DNA from: a virus
Taxonomy: Duplodnaviria; Caudoviricetes
Length of the DNA stretch: 64,000 nucleotides
Direction: 5' to 3' (one strand)
Virus record (IMG/VR): IMGVR_UViG_3300029305_003510
Location: 128,001-192,000 of that record
This document shows, piece by piece, positions 59,208 through 64,000 of this stretch. Numbering within the stretch: the first letter of the stretch is position 1; each line of letters begins with the position of its first letter. Made by a program: the position numbers and the translations under genes. Below the pieces are notes generated by a model. The model made no database searches. It saw only the letters and a program-made list of their open reading frames with translations, and had not been told where the DNA came from.

Positions 59208-61016
59208 ATGAGCAAAAAGAAAAAGGACAAAAAGAAAATTGCCATGGACATCCTTGGGATTGGAACGCCCGAGGATGTCTCTGAGCCCAAAGAAAAGGAG
59301 GTTAAGAAACCTGCATCTTGTATTTTAGAACGCAGACTTGAGGATCGAAAGATCCCATTGGTAGATGCGGGTATTAAAGATAAAGATATCAAGAATCCGC
59401 CAGCTGATGTAACGGAGGCTTGGTATCAGTCTGCGCATGTAGGAAAATATGTTCACATGGAACAGGTCACAAAAGATGGCCACTCCTATACCACAAAGCG
59501 AGTTCAGTTTGAGTTTGGACGTATGCTAAAAGGTTATGGAGATAATTTGGATGATCGAGGCGTAAACCCTGTCATTGAGCGACTTTCGTTTGCTACAATG
59601 AATAAGGTCTCGTTCATTAACAATATTGCAAACCCCCTTCGCTATATCAACTATTTCATCGAGTATTTTGATGATGATGATGAACTCATGAGGGCTTACT
59701 TCCATGTGATGTTCCAGATTATGTTGGATGACATCGATCTTGATCCCACTGCATTTATCGAGACTGTCTATGCGGCATTTACTACGGATAGTATGATTGA
59801 AAAACTTGTCCGTATGGTAGAATATAATACAGATGACGGTTTGGTAAAGAAAGCGGATCGAGTATATGATGAATCTATCCAGCTGACGATTGAACATTTG
59901 AAAGCAATAATGGGTGTAAGTTGTCTGCACAAGTTTGTTATTCCCCTGGTATCTCATTATTATAATACACGCACGCGGCTGTTAGATGAAGCTCATATGA
60001 CGGATAAGGATTTATACTATTATATGTTCACGTCCTTTATTCCGATCTTCGATGAGACCTATGACATATGCCTGTATAACAAGTTGTATCACACGAGTAC
60101 GACGCGTATCACTAAAACCATTAACCAGGAGTCTGGTATGTGGGATCGTCGGCGTCGTGTTGGTACGACACCTACATCCTATACCAATGAGCTGATGCGT
60201 GACTTCGTTATCGACATTTCACAAAAGGCTGTCTTCAGTAAATCTGCTATTGTATTTATTCACGTCTGTATGGACAAGGCAATACGCAATACCTTAATCC
60301 AGCCGGATAAATACGACTATACAGAAATGACAATGGAGGCATCCGACTCTGTCAATGAAACGATATCCCGATTCGATCGTTGGCAGACTGATAAATCTTT
60401 CCACAGTCAGAGAGATCGTATTCGATCCTATGTATCGATCAAAGAATCTTTAGACCGTTTTGGTCGAGATGTTGGATTGGATTTCAAGAAGATGCGATCT
60501 GACAAGAAGAAAGATATAGAAGCAACCAGAGAACTGAGAGAAGAGTTTGTGTATTATCGTGATAATATCGTTCAACCTATGAATGATGCACAGCTTTATC
60601 TTATCCAGTTGTACTATTCCTCTCTGGTAGGCAATACGGAGGATGGCCGTACAATGGAAACTTCGGATATCATTAAAGTTATCATGATCATGAAGCGCGA
60701 CTTTGAAAGAAGGAACTATAGCTATCTCCCATTCTTCATTAGTGGTAAGGTTGATGTTGCGGCTGGTAAAAAATACAATCGCAAACGTGTCGAGAAACTT
60801 ATCACTTCACACCCTTTGTATGAGGATTGGGTTGCGGAATATGAATTCACGGAGGGCTTGCTGAACAAGGAGAAGATGTACGGCGAGATTAAAACCGTGG
60901 TTGCATGTCCGATCGTGGTAATTGATTATGAGCATCCGGAGATGTGCGGTCAATTAATGAAACCTGTAGAGGTATGTGTAGTGGATGAGATCATGAGGTT
61001 CTATTGTTCGCTGTAA
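59208..61016 (+). CDS. Candidate sigma-like promoter-specificity subunit of non-virion RNAP (AR9 gp226/phiKZ gp68-like)
   Basis: Size, all-helical character, early-type promoter and adjacency to beta' gene; inference, no diagnostic motif. Confidence 0.45.
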   Translation: MSKKKKDKKKIAMDILGIGTPEDVSEPKEKEVKKPASCILERRLEDRKIPLVDAGIKDKDIKNPPADVTEAWYQSAHVGKYVHMEQVTKDGHSYTTKRVQFEFGRMLKGYGDNLDDRGVNPVIERLSFATMNKVSFINNIANPLRYINYFIEYFDDDDELMRAYFHVMFQIMLDDIDLDPTAFIETVYAAFTTDSMIEKLVRMVEYNTDDGLVKKADRVYDESIQLTIEHLKAIMGVSCLHKFVIPLVSHYYNTRTRLLDEAHMTDKDLYYYMFTSFIPIFDETYDICLYNKLYHTSTTRITKTINQESGMWDRRRRVGTTPTSYTNELMRDFVIDISQKAVFSKSAIVFIHVCMDKAIRNTLIQPDKYDYTEMTMEASDSVNETISRFDRWQTDKSFHSQRDRIRSYVSIKESLDRFGRDVGLDFKKMRSDKKKDIEATRELREEFVYYRDNIVQPMNDAQLYLIQLYYSSLVGNTEDGRTMETSDIIKVIMIMKRDFERRNYSYLPFFISGKVDVAAGKKYNRKRVEKLITSHPLYEDWVAEYEFTEGLLNKEKMYGEIKTVVACPIVVIDYEHPEMCGQLMKPVEVCVVDEIMRFYCSL

Positions 61017-61062
61017 TCTCAAGCATATATTATAACAGAGAACCTTATGAAGGAGGTATTAT

Positions 61063-63231
61063 ATGAGCGATAAGTCACTTGATCCTCGAGAATATCGAGG
61101 TCGACACATGGAAAACTACCGGACGGAAAAAGAGAGGAAGCAGGATTGGATCCATAAGATCTTTCTCTTCAGTCCGGAGAAATCTGAAGATATAGATTTC
61201 ATGAACTCTAAGCTCAGTCAGATTGTGAACATTTATGAACACAATATGGCAGATTTTGAATTTAATGCCAAGAAGATCATCAAGCATTATAAGAGGTGCT
61301 ATGGCGATACAACTCTTGGTATCTACACACTTGGACAGTCAATCGTATTCCGAGTGTACAAGGGACAGGAGGAACCCTACCATCTGTCTCTGTATAAGTT
61401 CTTGATGAACTACACTATGCTGGTTCTTCCCATCACGGTTGGTTGTGATATGAAGGATTGGCAGCCATGGTCTCCTCACCGTTGGACCACTGATGGTTGG
61501 GTGGATCAGATGAATAAGTATATTGAGCAAGCAAGACCCGAAGCTAATATGCGACTGATCTGCGAATGTCTGGAGCTATCTAAATATCTTATGAATCTCT
61601 GGGTGGCAGAAGCTGGTGATCGTCTTGGTTTGAGTATTTCTAATAATGACTTCATTGAAGTCATGAAGAGAAGTGAAGATGCTTATAAGTCGATCACCTG
61701 CACATTTGATATCCCCGATGGAATTAGTCCTACTGATCTTGAGAAGATGACATCAGAACGAACCAATAAACTTCTGTCGTTCATTAGTGATCAGGTGGAT
61801 CTTCCTATCTCTGTATATGCACGGAATAAGCTGTTCAATCCTGCACAGTTCCGTGAGTATGCAGTCCACATTTGTCACAAGCCGGATCTTGGCGGTAACA
61901 CTATTCCGTATACGTATCCGACAAATATCATCATGGGCATTAAAGATCCTCGTGCATTCTCTGTCGATGCTCATGGTGGTAGAAAGGCTGAAATTACCAA
62001 GCTTAACGTATCCGATGCAGGTACACTAGAACGAGCGTTGATGATGATGATGTCTCCTGTCCGCTTTGTTGATAATGACTATGAGTGTAACAGTAAACAT
62101 TTCCGTAAACGCTATGTTGCTAGCCCTAAAGATCTGGTAAAATTGGATGGGCGTGTATATACACTTGATCCTGAATCTGATGAATATTGGATCTGCGATC
62201 CATCTGATACTAGTCTTATCGGAAAAACGATTTATCTCAAAACTCCGATTACGTGCACACATCCCAAACGCAATGAAGGTGTTATATGTTCTGCCTGTTA
62301 TGGTAAGCTGATGTCTTCGCTGAACTGTGATGTGCATGTTGGTCGTCTGGCCGCAGCAGAGTCTGCTGATGAGATTGAACAGAAGCTTCTGTCGGCAAAG
62401 CATGCTCTTCAGACGAATACTGTGCGTGTAGAGTTTGATGATATGTTTGCACAATATTTCGATCTCGGTAATGGTCAGATTTCCCTCGGTTCTGATATGA
62501 TCGAAGAGTCTATGGAACATGATAGCGATTTCCACCATCTCCATCTGGAGTTCTATCCTCATACAATGGGGAAACATCAGGATGGTGAGTCCAGACATTT
62601 CGATCGATCTTTCACTGAGATCGTGATTTATGATGATCGTGATGGTAGCCGTATCACTATCTCCGAGAAGAATGGAACAAAGTTATATCTCAGTCCGGAG
62701 TTCAATGATGATCACTTTCTCCCTGCACTTAACTACAGGGATACGAAGGATTATATCCGAATTCCGTTCACTGAAATTTGTGATGCAGGTGAAGTTCTGA
62801 CACAGGTGCTGTTCGAGTTTGCTTTCAAGAATAATGAATTGGCAAGCCCGCTTCTGACGTTGGAACGAATCATGTTCAACTGTGAAACCATTAATCAATT
62901 TAGCGGATATGATGACTGTCTGGATACTCTGATTCCGCTGTTCATTAAGGGTGGTATCTATATCCCTGACTATCAGACGGAGATGCTGGTATCTCAGATG
63001 ATCACATCCCCTACTGGAGAACCTGTAGACTGGAATGATCCTAATCCGGAATATGTGTTCAACAGTATCAATAAGTCGATCCAGAAAAATGCATCAGCAC
63101 TAACAAGTATACTCTATAGAGAGTCTGGTGCACAGATCGCAGGTGCTTACGACACCTATAACAAATCGGGCACATCCTCGTATGACTGGTTTATCCTGGA
63201 ACGAGGTGCTAATAGCGTGTGGAGCGAATAA
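61063..63231 (+). CDS. RNA polymerase beta' subunit C-terminal half (non-virion RNAP)
   Basis: Bridge helix FSVDAHGGRKA..SDAGTLER, KTPITC..ICSACYG, VGRLAA, trigger loop EQKLLSAKH. Confidence 0.92.
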   Translation: MSDKSLDPREYRGRHMENYRTEKERKQDWIHKIFLFSPEKSEDIDFMNSKLSQIVNIYEHNMADFEFNAKKIIKHYKRCYGDTTLGIYTLGQSIVFRVYKGQEEPYHLSLYKFLMNYTMLVLPITVGCDMKDWQPWSPHRWTTDGWVDQMNKYIEQARPEANMRLICECLELSKYLMNLWVAEAGDRLGLSISNNDFIEVMKRSEDAYKSITCTFDIPDGISPTDLEKMTSERTNKLLSFISDQVDLPISVYARNKLFNPAQFREYAVHICHKPDLGGNTIPYTYPTNIIMGIKDPRAFSVDAHGGRKAEITKLNVSDAGTLERALMMMMSPVRFVDNDYECNSKHFRKRYVASPKDLVKLDGRVYTLDPESDEYWICDPSDTSLIGKTIYLKTPITCTHPKRNEGVICSACYGKLMSSLNCDVHVGRLAAAESADEIEQKLLSAKHALQTNTVRVEFDDMFAQYFDLGNGQISLGSDMIEESMEHDSDFHHLHLEFYPHTMGKHQDGESRHFDRSFTEIVIYDDRDGSRITISEKNGTKLYLSPEFNDDHFLPALNYRDTKDYIRIPFTEICDAGEVLTQVLFEFAFKNNELASPLLTLERIMFNCETINQFSGYDDCLDTLIPLFIKGGIYIPDYQTEMLVSQMITSPTGEPVDWNDPNPEYVFNSINKSIQKNASALTSILYRESGAQIAGAYDTYNKSGTSSYDWFILERGANSVWSE

Positions 63232-63285
63232 ATATCGCTTCACCAAGCCAACCAAAATATGCATAAGAAGAAAGGATGCAACACA

Positions 63286-63744
63286 ATGGCTAACTACGAG
63301 AAGAACAACAACAAGACCGGCAACAATCGTCCTCCCAAGCCCGATCCTCATCCCGTCGCCGTGCTTCTGCGCGACAACATTAGTAATCAAATGCTCGATT
63401 TCTTGAGAGCTACTCCCGAGGATCGTTTCAACATGTGTAGAGATTTGTTCAAGGTTGAGGCTTTCCCCAGCGATCTGGCGGGCTGTGAGGGTGCTGAAAA
63501 CTACAGTGTCTTCCAGATTGAGCGTACTACTCGTATGCGCAAGGAAGATGTCGAGAACAATGAGATTCCTCGCATGTCTGTTGCTATTATCCTGATCGAT
63601 AAGACTACCCATAAGCCGGCGTTCTATCTCAATGGATATATTACTCCTAGAGCTACTGCTTCTATCACCATCTACTGCATGGGTGAGAACGGTCCTGACT
63701 ATCGCCAGACTGTGCGCTGGAGCTCCCGTGAGTTCGGCTTCTAA
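63286..63744 (+). CDS. Hypothetical protein
   Basis: AAAGGA RBS; terminator at 63773-63804. Confidence 0.7.
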   Translation: MANYEKNNNKTGNNRPPKPDPHPVAVLLRDNISNQMLDFLRATPEDRFNMCRDLFKVEAFPSDLAGCEGAENYSVFQIERTTRMRKEDVENNEIPRMSVAIILIDKTTHKPAFYLNGYITPRATASITIYCMGENGPDYRQTVRWSSREFGF

Positions 63745-63849
63745 TAGCCGATACATATAAGGAGTACGACAAAGGGTGGGCCTTCGGGTCCACCTTCTCC
63801 TTTTCGCGAACATTCCTATACAATTACATACAGAAAGGATTGCGATACC

Positions 63850-64000
63850 ATGAATACGCATTTTAACCCGTATGAGGAGCTGGCCAACGCAATCATTGTA
63901 CAGGCGGCTAAGGACTACAAAGACGTTCTGAAAGGATGTGTCGAGAGTAATACGAAGAACAGGAAAGAACTGGAACAATTCTTCCATTCTGAGTATTTCA
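63850..64000 (+). CDS. Hypothetical phage protein, truncated by window end
   Basis: MNTHFNPYEELANAIIVQAAKDY...LEQFFHSEYF, a pattern common in Firmicutes phage ORFs; late promoter at 63809. Confidence 0.6.
   Translation, partial: MNTHFNPYEELANAIIVQAAKDYKDVLKGCVESNTKNRKELEQFFHSEYF

Noticed and set aside
59208-61016. Chimallin (ChmA) call for the ~600-aa ORF next to beta'
   Set aside because: Size fits, but no recognisable similarity; it looks all-helical and a sigma-like subunit is more plausible. Needs a structure search.
1-64000. Stop-codon reassignment
   Set aside because: Core genes are full length in the standard code and coding density is high.
1-64000. CRISPR array, tRNA or rRNA genes
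   Set aside because: No regularly spaced repeats or cloverleaf/T-loop signatures seen.

Overview
This 64-kb window is part of the genome of a large myovirus (jumbo phage) of the phiKZ/AR9-like supergroup. Strong AGGAGG ribosome-binding sites and Firmicutes-type accessory ORFs point to a Bacillota (probably Clostridia-like) host; this is an inference. It encodes pieces of two multisubunit RNA polymerases: non-virion beta-N, beta-C, beta'-C and a probable sigma-like subunit, plus short beta-C and beta'-C fragments that are probably virion RNAP. It also carries a family-B DNA polymerase split into two divergently transcribed genes, a type IIA topoisomerase A subunit, an NAD-dependent ligase, RecA/UvsX, a tubulin (PhuZ/TubZ-like), a GroEL-like chaperonin, a lytic transglycosylase, a prohead protease, probable major capsid, tail sheath and tail tube genes, and an HNH-type endonuclease. 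Two phage promoter classes can be read from the sequence. The first is an early-type TATATAYTATA motif, often with a fixed-spacing upstream box (ATTTCCGATTT-N15-TATATAYTATA) heading small accessory cassettes. The second is a late-type RACA-N6-TA motif resembling the AR9 late promoter. The most striking unexplained element is a ~350-nt ORF-free, heavily base-paired region (about 23478-23825) with its own late promoter and terminator. It is a candidate novel structured ncRNA and sits directly upstream of an acidic, arm-less, tandem HU-like protein. No tRNA, rRNA or CRISPR array was seen. All calls come from motif reading only; no database searches were run.
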